From contig JAIEDA010000018.1 in assembly GCA_029068165.1 (NCBI GenBank), positions 74,065 through 138,064 of the forward strand: 64,000 bases of DNA, in the 5' to 3' direction. The notes below the pieces were generated by a model. It did not search any database, had not been told where the DNA came from, and saw nothing but the letters and a program-made list of their open reading frames with translations. The DNA comes from Clostridia bacterium (GTDB taxonomy: Bacteria > Bacillota > Clostridia > Christensenellales > UBA3700). Of this stretch, positions 55,632-63,568 are shown piece by piece; the first letter of the stretch is position 1, and every line of letters starts with the position of its first letter. A program made the translations under genes and the position numbers.

Positions 55632-55907
55632 ATGCCTAATATTAAGTCCCAAAAGAAAAGAGTTATAACCGCTCAAAAGGAGAACGTTATCAATACGTCC
55701 AAGCGTAGTAGAGTTCGTAACGCTATCAAGAAGTACGAAACCGCTATTGCCAACAAGGATATTGCAACGGCTGAGAAACTTTTGCCGGAAACCATTTCTT
55801 TAATAGATAGAGCTAAGAGCGACGGTATTTACCACGCAAACACTGCAAGCAGGAAGATCGGTAGACTTTCCAAGCAGTTGAGCGCGCTCAAGAGCGAAGC
55901 AAAGTAA
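55632..55907 (+). CDS. rpsT: 30S ribosomal protein S20
   Basis: 91 aa. MPNIKSQKKRVITAQKEN... is the typical S20 N-terminus. Confidence 0.95.
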   Translation: MPNIKSQKKRVITAQKENVINTSKRSRVRNAIKKYETAIANKDIATAEKLLPETISLIDRAKSDGIYHANTASRKIGRLSKQLSALKSEAK

Positions 55908-56078
55908 GAAAAGATAGAAGCATAATTACGCTTAGCGCGATAATTTTTCTTAACGTCAAATCTTTGTTGATGATATAGAAAAAGGAGTGGCGTAATCGTA
56001 AGTGGCGTAGGATGGCAAAGCGAACTCGTAGCGCAGCCTATTGCATAAGCGTCAAAACATTATTGTAGTATAAGCTTG

Positions 56079-56106
56079 AAAGGAACGCATCAGCGTTCCT
56101 TTTGTC
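56079..56106 (+). terminator. intrinsic terminator downstream of rpsT
   Basis: AGGAACGC, loop ATCA, GCGTTCCT, then TTTTG. The same 8-bp stem sequence occurs in the terminator at 23097-23123. Confidence 0.75.
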
Positions 56107-56260
56107 ATTTCAATTCAAAATCGTCATCCTGAGCGTAGTCAAAGAAACCAATAATCGTATCAACGCGTTCGCTCTTTTTCATATCCATTGATTATAAAAA
56201 TTAAAAGTTTGTAAAATTCTAGGTAAAAAAATCGACAAATAGCAAAAAATTCCAAAAAAA

Positions 56261-56382
56261 GTGTACTTTTCCTGACTGAGAATTTATGTCAAAAATATGC
56301 ATATTTTTAACAAATTTCTACACGTATATTATACAAAATCCCCCTTGTCGAATACAAGAATATTTGGTCAGGAAAAGTACAC
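56261..56382. promoter_or_regulatory. perfect 16-bp inverted repeat pair (90-nt spacer) plus a direct repeat of the TTTCCTGACYGAG half-site, upstream of the giant gene
   Basis: GTGTACTTTTCCTGAC (56261-76) is the exact reverse complement of GTCAGGAAAAGTACAC (56367-82). TTTCCTGACTGAG (56268-80) recurs as TTTCCTGACCGAG (56385-97). Confidence 0.6.
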
Positions 56383-56458
56383 ATTTCCTGACCGAGCCAA
56401 AAATAGACTAAATTCTATACTTATTAAAAAGAAAAGAAAAGGAATAAGGGAAAAAGTT

Positions 56459-59400
56459 ATGCATAGAACTTTTTTGAGAGCTAAAATTATATGTATTTTT
56501 ATTGGGATTGCGCTCATCTTGAGCATTTTTTTATCAGCTGCGATTTTTGCGCAAAGTAATCATTCGGCGATTGCAGGTAAATCTTATCCAACTGATAACA
56601 GCGGAGTAATCTCTATTAGCGAGTTGCTTTCTACAAGTAGGGCCGATACTGCCACGAAAGTGGGAGATAGAAGTATCTTTGACTGCGCGTCTATGGTTAA
56701 ACTTTATGCTGCGTTGACAGGAAAGACCAACGCAACGTTGGACGACGTAATTGCGGAGATGGATAAGGCTGCTTACAATGCCGGCAAGACAGGTGATAAT
56801 TCTTATATTCCTAACACTTCGACCAATGGCTATTCCAATGCGTTCGTAGGGTCAATTCACTACGGTATGAACGCTCAAGATATCCGCACAGTTACGGGCG
56901 GAAGTAATATCGAGGTCACTCTAGGCGGACTTGTTTGGAACGTCGTGACTTTGACGACGACAGGACAGGCTTATGATGCAAGTACAGACACCGCCGCTGA
57001 CGTATCGGCAGGCGACGTTGTGCTTACGCTTATGCTCAAAGATCCTATTCAAAATTACAAGACATATTGGAATGGTTTTCAGTCGGTTGACGGTGGTAAT
57101 TTCGGTGAAAAGTATTCGTCTTCATATTATAGCGCTTCATTGATTAGAGCTGCGCTGCTTAACGGTTTAGACAGTTCCGGCGCAGCAATAAAATACGCTA
57201 CTGACGCGAACGCGTTGACGTCTTTTACAATAGCTACCGGCAACAGCGCTGCCATTCCGAATTACGCTAGCACGCTGGGTATATTCACCAACATAGCTGC
57301 GGCGAAGAACGTCACGAATTTTATCGTGCAACCTAGGGACGTTCTTTATCAACAGGATGAGAATATTTTCGACATACGTGTCGTAACAGGCTCTACTTAT
57401 AATTGGGGTAGTGGACAAAACGAAGCTTCTCTTAACAAGTTGCCATCATCAATTGGTACGCCGTCGACTTCTAATATAACTTACACTAGCGTGGATAGGT
57501 GGCGCAGTGGTTGCAACGTGCATTTTCAGCAAGAAAAGTCAGTCTATGGTACAGCGTCCGGTAGCGGCGTAACTTATACGGCAGGAGACCAACTATACTT
57601 TGACTGGGGATATGACTATCTATGGTTGCCAAGTTGGGCGGAAGTAGGAGAAAATGGCACCTGCTCACCAACTGCTGATGTTAATTCTTCGATCGCAGGA
57701 CTATGGGCGCTTAACGATGCGCAGCGAAAGTACACGAATACATCATCTTCGACTGCTGCTTGGCTACGGTCCGGTGGACACAGTACTTCGTCTAATGCTT
57801 ATATGCTTAATTCATTAGGAGTAAGAACTACCTCGGATATTAAAGCTGACCAATATGCCGTCCGTCCTTGCTTGAACTTAAATCTCACGGCAGCAAACAA
57901 AAGTATGCCTATTAGAGTTACTCCTGAAGATGTGGAAGTCGAGTGGGCGAACGATACTCTAAACTTAGCCAAAGCTGCAGATTTAGGCGCAGCAAATTGG
58001 TGGGATGATGATTATCTTAAAGGCGTTAGCGTGGAATATTGGAATGGTTCGGTCAAGGAGCTGCCCAAAGAGCCGGGCACATACAATGTCAAACTTAGTC
58101 TTACCGATACTGTAAACTATAGGTGGGCTGACGGTTCAACCGGCGCAAAGGAGATAGATTTTACTATAATTCCTCGGTATATTCCGTATCCCAAATGGAA
58201 TAGTGACGGCGGCACGTTAGAGTTCAACGGGCAACAAGGGCGGACGTTCGGACTGGAATATGACCAAGATTTTTGGGATAAATTCAAGGAGATAATCGGC
58301 ATAGATTACACTGAGTTATTTACCAAGATTGTAAACGTAAGCTATTCGTCAGACATTACGACGGCAAGCGCAAGTTGGAAATATAAGGCGGTCAAGGCAG
58401 GCACGTACGATTTGGCTTTTGCGATAAAAAACGATGTGAGCAAGTACTATCAGTGGAAGGACGAGCCTTCGTCAAAGAAACTTTCGTTTACGGTATCAAA
58501 GAAGAATATTAGCATAGACCTGACGACTGCAGGCACGGGGACATCTGCCGTGTTCATCGGCAAGGAAGGAGGCGCGATTCAAGCGGTTCTTAATGTTGCG
58601 CCAAATCAAATATTTGTCGATTATCCAGTGAAGTTCGTCATTAATGCTGCGAAGACGGGAAACGTACCCGACCCACTGACTGACACCATTACGCTGACAA
58701 ACGGTAGCGGATTGGTCAATATTCAGCTAGATTTGTCAGAAGTGACGGCAAGCGCGTCGTCGTATAGCTTGAGCGCTGTAAGTTCGTCGCCGGAGTACAA
58801 CGTAGTATTCACCAACTCGCCCACGCTTAGAGTTGAGGCAGACAATCCCAACGTTATCAGGTGGCAGTTGTATATCGGCGGCGTTGCGCAAATGGGTTAT
58901 TATATCGATAGCGATATCAACGACCCGAGAAATTCTAATAACCAAATAGAAATCGACTTCGACGACAGCGATTTGACGATATTCTATACTGGCAAATATA
59001 CCGAGTTCAAAGCGTCGGCATATCCGCAGGGATATGCGCTTGAGACGGGCAGCTACAACGGCGGATACGAGGTCGTCAAAGGTACTTCGACGAATAACAA
59101 CGTCGGCGTAAATGCGGATACCTACACGACAAAGGTCGACGTATACAAGCTTGACGACCTCAGTATTTTGGTCACCTTTATAATCAAGTGGAAGATAGCT
59201 CCCGCATTGTTTGACATGTCTGACGTCAAGTGGCTAAACGACGGTGACTTGCCGTACAACGGCGGACAGGCTGTATACGCTACGCTTGACCCAACGACGT
59301 TGCCTAAAGGTTTGCTAGTTCCGACGAACGGCTATTCTACCAACGTTGGTTCAGTAGTAGGCAACAGCGGAACAGCATCGGTTGAGTTTGAATTAGCTCC

Positions 59401-61960
59401 CGAATACGAGGGTAACTATATATTGCCTGTAGAGGGAGATAAGTCGACCTATACAGGATTTGGCGAAAACGAAGACTTTGAATGGGAAAAGACTTGGCAG
59501 GTAGTGCCGCATAAGATATCCACTTCAAGTTGGAGCACCGTCGCTCACCCCGACAGCAACAAGACTTTCAATATCTTGCAGCTCAAAGACCCGAGCGCGG
59601 ATACTGTAGTATCTTATTTGTATTACGAAACCGATTCCAACGGACAAATACCTGCGGGAGCAACAGGCTTGACTGTAGACGAATTGGAAATGCCAAGCGA
59701 GGGAGCAAAGTGGTACGTAGCAAAGCCTGTGCTTCAAGACACGACCAACTACGTGCTCGAGAATCCCAACGCTCAATCAAGACCGTTTATGGTAGGAGCA
59801 ATCAACGCTTCGCTAATAAAGATAACGGTAGAACCTGCAAAGACGGAGTTTAGCTACAACACTCAACCAAGACAAGTGACTGTCAAGACGAGCGGAGCTA
59901 ACTTAAACAACGGCTACTTTGACCTGACGTACTTCAAAGAGGACGGCTACACAATGCTTAGCGGAGCGCCTGTAGAGAGCGGGACGTACTGGGTGGAAAT
60001 AACGCTCAAGTCAACGTATGCGGACAAGTACTATATAGAGGGAACGACGAGTTATCAATTCACTATTGTACCCGCTGAGATAACGCCTGAGTGGATAAAC
60101 ACTGCAAGACCGCCGGTGCTCAAACTTGAGTATGGACAAATATACGCGCTTGAGTACACTATCATTGACGAGAACGGCAATGAAGTAACAAACGTAAACA
60201 ATATCCAAGCGGACAAAGTATATCAAATAAAAGCGACTATAAAAGATGCGTATAGGAACAATATACAATTCTCAATAGCGGACGGATACGGCTCGATATA
60301 CGATACGGATTACTATACGTTTAGTCTATCGGCTGAGGACATAGCGGGAGGACTGTACGATCCCAACGATCCTACGAACCCTAACTATCCGCAAGTAGAC
60401 CCCGACGCGCCGAATACCACGCCCAACAATCCTGACGACCCGACCGGCGGCAACGGCGACGACAAAGACGGAAACAAAACTTTAGAGAAGATAAAAGAGT
60501 TTTTGCAAAAGTATTGGCAAGTAATCGTTAGCGGAGTATCAATAGTATTGATAGTAGCGTTTACGGCGAAAGGATTGTCGTACGCGAGCAAGCGTAGGAA
60601 AGCAAAGAAAGAAGCTAAGAAGTATACTACGCCGGCTTACGCGATTGCATTGTTCACGGCAGGAGAGAAGCTGTGGAATATCGATTACAAGATATGGACA
60701 ATCTTAGCGTTTACGCTGTTGGGCGTAGCGGTACTAGCGTTTGTCTTTATGATGCTAGAGAAGCGCGGATTTAAGAAAGCGCAAGAAGAGTTGGAAAGCG
60801 CAAAGCTAGAGTACGCGAGAAATCCAATGGCGTACGCTACTGCAGGGGCAAATACGGCAAACGCGCAACCGCAAAATCAAGAGCCAAGCGCTGAAGAGGG
60901 AAAGAGCAATAAGAAGAAAGACCGCGAGATAGAACGGCTTGAAGAAGAATTGCGTAAACGCGACGAAGAGTATAGAAGCTTCCAAGAAGAGAGCCGTCGC
61001 CGCGATGAGGAAAATAGACGTCGTGACGAAGAAATGAAGATGATGTTTATGACTATGATGGGCGGCGCAAACGGCAACGCTAATCCGCAGTACGACGCAA
61101 ACGGCAATCCGCAGTTTGCCACGATGGGCGGCGGAACGAATATAATAATAGATGCCGAGCATATAAAGACAATGATAACGGAAACAGTGGCGGCGTTGCT
61201 ACCTAGCGTGCAAGCGTTGCTTCCGCAACAGGCTAGTACCAACGACGAGGTGGTGCAAAAGCTGCTTGAGAAATCTCAACATAACGACGATGCGTTGAAA
61301 CAAATGATGCGCAATCAAGAAAAGCTGATCGAAAAACTTCTCGAACGCGACGAGCAAAGGGGAGCTGCTTCCGACAAGGTAGTAGAAAAAGTCGTAGAAA
61401 AACCCGTCGAAAAGATAGTGGAAGTACCCGTAGAGAAGATTGTCGAAGTGCCGGTTGAGAAAATAGTGGAAAAGGTAGTTGAGAAGAAAGTCAAAGTACC
61501 GGTAGAGAAGATAGTTGAGAAAATCGTCAAAGTACCTGCCGAGAAGAAAGCGCCCGCAGTGGAAAGAGCGCCAAGGCTCAACATCGACGAAGCTTACGCT
61601 AGGTTGAGCAAAGAGCAAAAGAAATTCTTTGATAAGCTCCGCGAGTACGCTCTTTCAAAAGATAAGTGCAAAGAGAAGAAGTTGACCTACAATATTTTGC
61701 TTGGTCAATCGTCTATCAATCCGCTTGTCAAGCTGACGATAAAGAAAGACACGACGGTAGCTTTGTTCAAGATGGAAGACGAGTATTTCAAGGATATACG
61801 CCGCAACGCGGAAGGGTCTAAGATAAAAGTCAAGGAAAGCGAGCTTGTCGTCGCCGACGCGGAATCGTTTGAAACGGCAAAGCAAATGATAGACCTTCGC
61901 GAAGATCAAATCGAGCGATATGCCGAGTTCTTGAAAGAACAAAAAGCATACAAGAAATAA
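56459..61960 (+). CDS. 1833-aa membrane-anchored surface protein: signal peptide, adhesin-like ectodomain, TM helices, long charged repeat-containing tail
   Basis: Start placed at ATG 56459 (RBS AAGGGAAAAAG; MHRTFLRAKIICIFIGIALILSIFLSAAIFA is a signal peptide). The region from the ORF-track start at 56297 has no signal-peptide logic and overlaps the inverted repeat. A WLRSGG...VRPCLNLNL motif is followed by at least 6 Ig-like modules (GTY.V.L ... F.I.P pattern), a Pro/Asn/Asp linker, TM helices at about 60511-60575 and 60692-60756, a coiled coil, xVEK repeats and a C-terminal domain. Confidence 0.85.
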   Translation: MHRTFLRAKIICIFIGIALILSIFLSAAIFAQSNHSAIAGKSYPTDNSGVISISELLSTSRADTATKVGDRSIFDCASMVKLYAALTGKTNATLDDVIAEMDKAAYNAGKTGDNSYIPNTSTNGYSNAFVGSIHYGMNAQDIRTVTGGSNIEVTLGGLVWNVVTLTTTGQAYDASTDTAADVSAGDVVLTLMLKDPIQNYKTYWNGFQSVDGGNFGEKYSSSYYSASLIRAALLNGLDSSGAAIKYATDANALTSFTIATGNSAAIPNYASTLGIFTNIAAAKNVTNFIVQPRDVLYQQDENIFDIRVVTGSTYNWGSGQNEASLNKLPSSIGTPSTSNITYTSVDRWRSGCNVHFQQEKSVYGTASGSGVTYTAGDQLYFDWGYDYLWLPSWAEVGENGTCSPTADVNSSIAGLWALNDAQRKYTNTSSSTAAWLRSGGHSTSSNAYMLNSLGVRTTSDIKADQYAVRPCLNLNLTAANKSMPIRVTPEDVEVEWANDTLNLAKAADLGAANWWDDDYLKGVSVEYWNGSVKELPKEPGTYNVKLSLTDTVNYRWADGSTGAKEIDFTIIPRYIPYPKWNSDGGTLEFNGQQGRTFGLEYDQDFWDKFKEIIGIDYTELFTKIVNVSYSSDITTASASWKYKAVKAGTYDLAFAIKNDVSKYYQWKDEPSSKKLSFTVSKKNISIDLTTAGTGTSAVFIGKEGGAIQAVLNVAPNQIFVDYPVKFVINAAKTGNVPDPLTDTITLTNGSGLVNIQLDLSEVTASASSYSLSAVSSSPEYNVVFTNSPTLRVEADNPNVIRWQLYIGGVAQMGYYIDSDINDPRNSNNQIEIDFDDSDLTIFYTGKYTEFKASAYPQGYALETGSYNGGYEVVKGTSTNNNVGVNADTYTTKVDVYKLDDLSILVTFIIKWKIAPALFDMSDVKWLNDGDLPYNGGQAVYATLDPTTLPKGLLVPTNGYSTNVGSVVGNSGTASVEFELAPEYEGNYILPVEGDKSTYTGFGENEDFEWEKTWQVVPHKISTSSWSTVAHPDSNKTFNILQLKDPSADTVVSYLYYETDSNGQIPAGATGLTVDELEMPSEGAKWYVAKPVLQDTTNYVLENPNAQSRPFMVGAINASLIKITVEPAKTEFSYNTQPRQVTVKTSGANLNNGYFDLTYFKEDGYTMLSGAPVESGTYWVEITLKSTYADKYYIEGTTSYQFTIVPAEITPEWINTARPPVLKLEYGQIYALEYTIIDENGNEVTNVNNIQADKVYQIKATIKDAYRNNIQFSIADGYGSIYDTDYYTFSLSAEDIAGGLYDPNDPTNPNYPQVDPDAPNTTPNNPDDPTGGNGDDKDGNKTLEKIKEFLQKYWQVIVSGVSIVLIVAFTAKGLSYASKRRKAKKEAKKYTTPAYAIALFTAGEKLWNIDYKIWTILAFTLLGVAVLAFVFMMLEKRGFKKAQEELESAKLEYARNPMAYATAGANTANAQPQNQEPSAEEGKSNKKKDREIERLEEELRKRDEEYRSFQEESRRRDEENRRRDEEMKMMFMTMMGGANGNANPQYDANGNPQFATMGGGTNIIIDAEHIKTMITETVAALLPSVQALLPQQASTNDEVVQKLLEKSQHNDDALKQMMRNQEKLIEKLLERDEQRGAASDKVVEKVVEKPVEKIVEVPVEKIVEVPVEKIVEKVVEKKVKVPVEKIVEKIVKVPAEKKAPAVERAPRLNIDEAYARLSKEQKKFFDKLREYALSKDKCKEKKLTYNILLGQSSINPLVKLTIKKDTTVALFKMEDEYFKDIRRNAEGSKIKVKESELVVADAESFETAKQMIDLREDQIERYAEFLKEQKAYKK
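61379..61546 (+). repeat. in-frame tandem repeat: 14 tetrapeptide units (xVEK/xVEV), 12-nt period
   Basis: Reads VVEK VVEK PVEK IVEV PVEK IVEV PVEK IVEK VVEK KVKV PVEK IVEK IVKV PAEK. Units use different synonymous codons (gaa aag ata gtg gaa gta ccc versus gag aag att gtc gaa gtg ccg). Confidence 0.9.
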
Positions 61961-61978
61961 CGTTTAGCATGAGAATTT

Positions 61979-62188
61979 AGCTAATAAGTGAGATTTGCCC
62001 AATAATCGCGCATATTTTTTGGCGTAACGCATCTTAAATACGAAAGAAAGAGGCTTCAAAAATATGTAGGTTATTTAAGCAAATCCCACTTAACCGCTCA
62101 GGCTGACTAAGGAATATCTCTAGTTAGTTTTAAATGGTTTAGATCCTTCGTCTATGCTCAAGGCGCTGATAGAATAGTCCGTTAGAAA
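61979..62188 (+). repeat. intergenic structured repeat, copy B
   Basis: Homologous to 34762-34950. Its last 20 nt, GATAGAATAGTCCGTTAGAA (62169-62188), are the reverse complement of TTCTAACGGACTATTCTATC at 35009-35028. Confidence 0.75.
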
Positions 62189-62328
62189 AAATCGGCAGTC
62201 CAAGCGAAACTCTTTTGCGCTCTTCTCTTATATAGACAAATATTTTCTAAAAACGCGTTTTAGACTTGATTTTTGAAGATTTTACAAAGATTTTACATTT
62301 AAAATTTGCATTAAGTAGTTTAGAATAG

Positions 62329-62357
62329 TTGCCATATCTTTTTTTATATAGTAAAAT
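62329..62357 (+). promoter_or_regulatory. sigma-A promoter for the S10 operon
   Basis: TTGCCA (62329-34), 17 nt, TAAAAT (62352-57). Confidence 0.5.
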
Positions 62358-62362
62358 CATTT

Positions 62363-62543
62363 TGCTTATGCCGCAAGGGATGAAGCGGGAGGTTACTGCC
62401 TTTTGGGAGAGAACTTTCGCGGACAAGAGTCCGACAATCGGGCGACTAACGGATTTGGGCTGACTGCGAGCCCATTTTTAAGGGCATAGGCGGAACGCAC
62501 GGGAGTGCATATAAATAAAGTTAGGTAAAAAGGAGAAAGAAAA
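62363..62543 (+). promoter_or_regulatory. structured 5' leader of rpsJ with a terminator-like hairpin (possible r-protein autoregulatory leader)
   Basis: A 10-bp closing helix TGCTTATGCC (62363-72) / GGCATAGGCG (62483-92) has two G-U pairs. It encloses the hairpin TGGGCT-7 nt-AGCCCA followed by TTTTT (62456-79). Confidence 0.35.
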
Positions 62544-62852
62544 ATGGCAGGACAAACAATCAGAATCAGACTAAGAGCTTACGATCACAATCTTATCGAC
62601 GTTGCAGCCGATAAAATCGTTGACACGGCTAAAAGAAGCGGCGTACAGGTTTCGGGACCTATCCCTCTTCCTACGGAAAAGGAAATCGTTACGATTATCA
62701 GGGCCGTTCACAAGTATAAGGACAGTAGAGAGCAGTTTGAACTTCGCACTCACAAGAGATTGATTGATATTATGAACCCCACGAGCAAAGCGGTCGACGC
62801 TCTTATGAAGCTCGATTTGCCCGCAGGCGTTGATATTCAAATCAAACTGTAA
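62544..62852 (+). CDS. rpsJ: 30S ribosomal protein S10
   Basis: 102 aa. [10 protein letters not shown]...GPIPLPT. Confidence 0.97.
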   Translation: MAGQTIRIRLRAYDHNLIDVAADKIVDTAKRSGVQVSGPIPLPTEKEIVTIIRAVHKYKDSREQFELRTHKRLIDIMNPTSKAVDALMKLDLPAGVDIQIKL

Positions 62853-62933
62853 TTATATTTATAAATATTATAAGTCAATTAAAAACTGCTACGGCGGTTT
62901 TGCAAAATAAAATTAGGAGGATGAACTTTATCT

Positions 62934-63554
62934 ATGAATAAAGCAATCATTGGAAAAAAGTTAGCAATGAGTCAAATCTTTGCGCCGGACGGTACAGTAA
63001 TACCCGTGACTATAGTCCAAGCGGGTCCCTGTCCTATCGTGCAAAAGAAAACCCTTGATAACGACGGCTACGAGGCTTTGCAAATAGCCTTCGGCGACGT
63101 AAAAGAAAAGAACGTCACCAAGCCTGTAAAGGGTCATTACAAGAAAGCAGGCGTTACGCCGAGAAGAGTTTTGAGAGAAATCAGAACGGAAGTAGCTTCT
63201 TACGAGGTCGGTCAGGAATTGACTTGCGCGCAGTTCGCCGAGGGTTCTCTCGTTGACGTCAGCGGTACCTCTAAGGGTCACGGTTTCACAGGCGCGGTCA
63301 AGAGATGGAATCACCACTGCGGTCCTATGGCGCACGGTTCGGGTTACCACAGGGGCGTAGGTTCTATGGGCGCTTGTTCGACTCCTTCGAGAGTTTTCAA
63401 GAACAAGAAGATGTCAGGACATTGGGGTAACGAAAAAGTTACCGTCAAAAATCTCACGGTGGCAAGAGTCGATGCCGAGCGTAATCTTCTTTTCATCAAG
63501 GGCGCTATCCCCGGAGCTAAGGGTAACGTCGTCGTTGTAAAGCAAAACGGTTAA
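62934..63554 (+). CDS. rplC: 50S ribosomal protein L3
   Basis: 206 aa. IIGKKLAMSQIF... and GTSKGHGFTG. Confidence 0.97.
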   Translation: MNKAIIGKKLAMSQIFAPDGTVIPVTIVQAGPCPIVQKKTLDNDGYEALQIAFGDVKEKNVTKPVKGHYKKAGVTPRRVLREIRTEVASYEVGQELTCAQFAEGSLVDVSGTSKGHGFTGAVKRWNHHCGPMAHGSGYHRGVGSMGACSTPSRVFKNKKMSGHWGNEKVTVKNLTVARVDAERNLLFIKGAIPGAKGNVVVVKQNG

Positions 63555-63568
63555 AGGAGTGAGCAAAA

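Noticed and set aside
55990-56078. Possible 18-codon ORF (MAKRTRSAAYCISVKTLL) between the rpsT stop and its terminator.
   Set aside because: The AGGAG upstream is about 25 nt from the ATG, which is too far. I recognise no conserved features. It is more likely a 3' UTR.
56297-56458. The ORF-track start of the giant gene at ATG 56297, which adds 54 residues (MHIFNKFLHVYYTKSPLSNTRIFGQEKY…).
   Set aside because: It has no RBS. It would bury the signal peptide internally, and the region is occupied by the 16-bp inverted repeat. ATG 56459 has an RBS and gives a canonical signal peptide.
61379-61546. A 12-nt periodic repeat that could superficially be taken for a short tandem-repeat or CRISPR-like array.
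   Set aside because: It is in frame inside a long ORF, the period is a multiple of 3, the units differ by synonymous changes, and there is no repeat-spacer structure.
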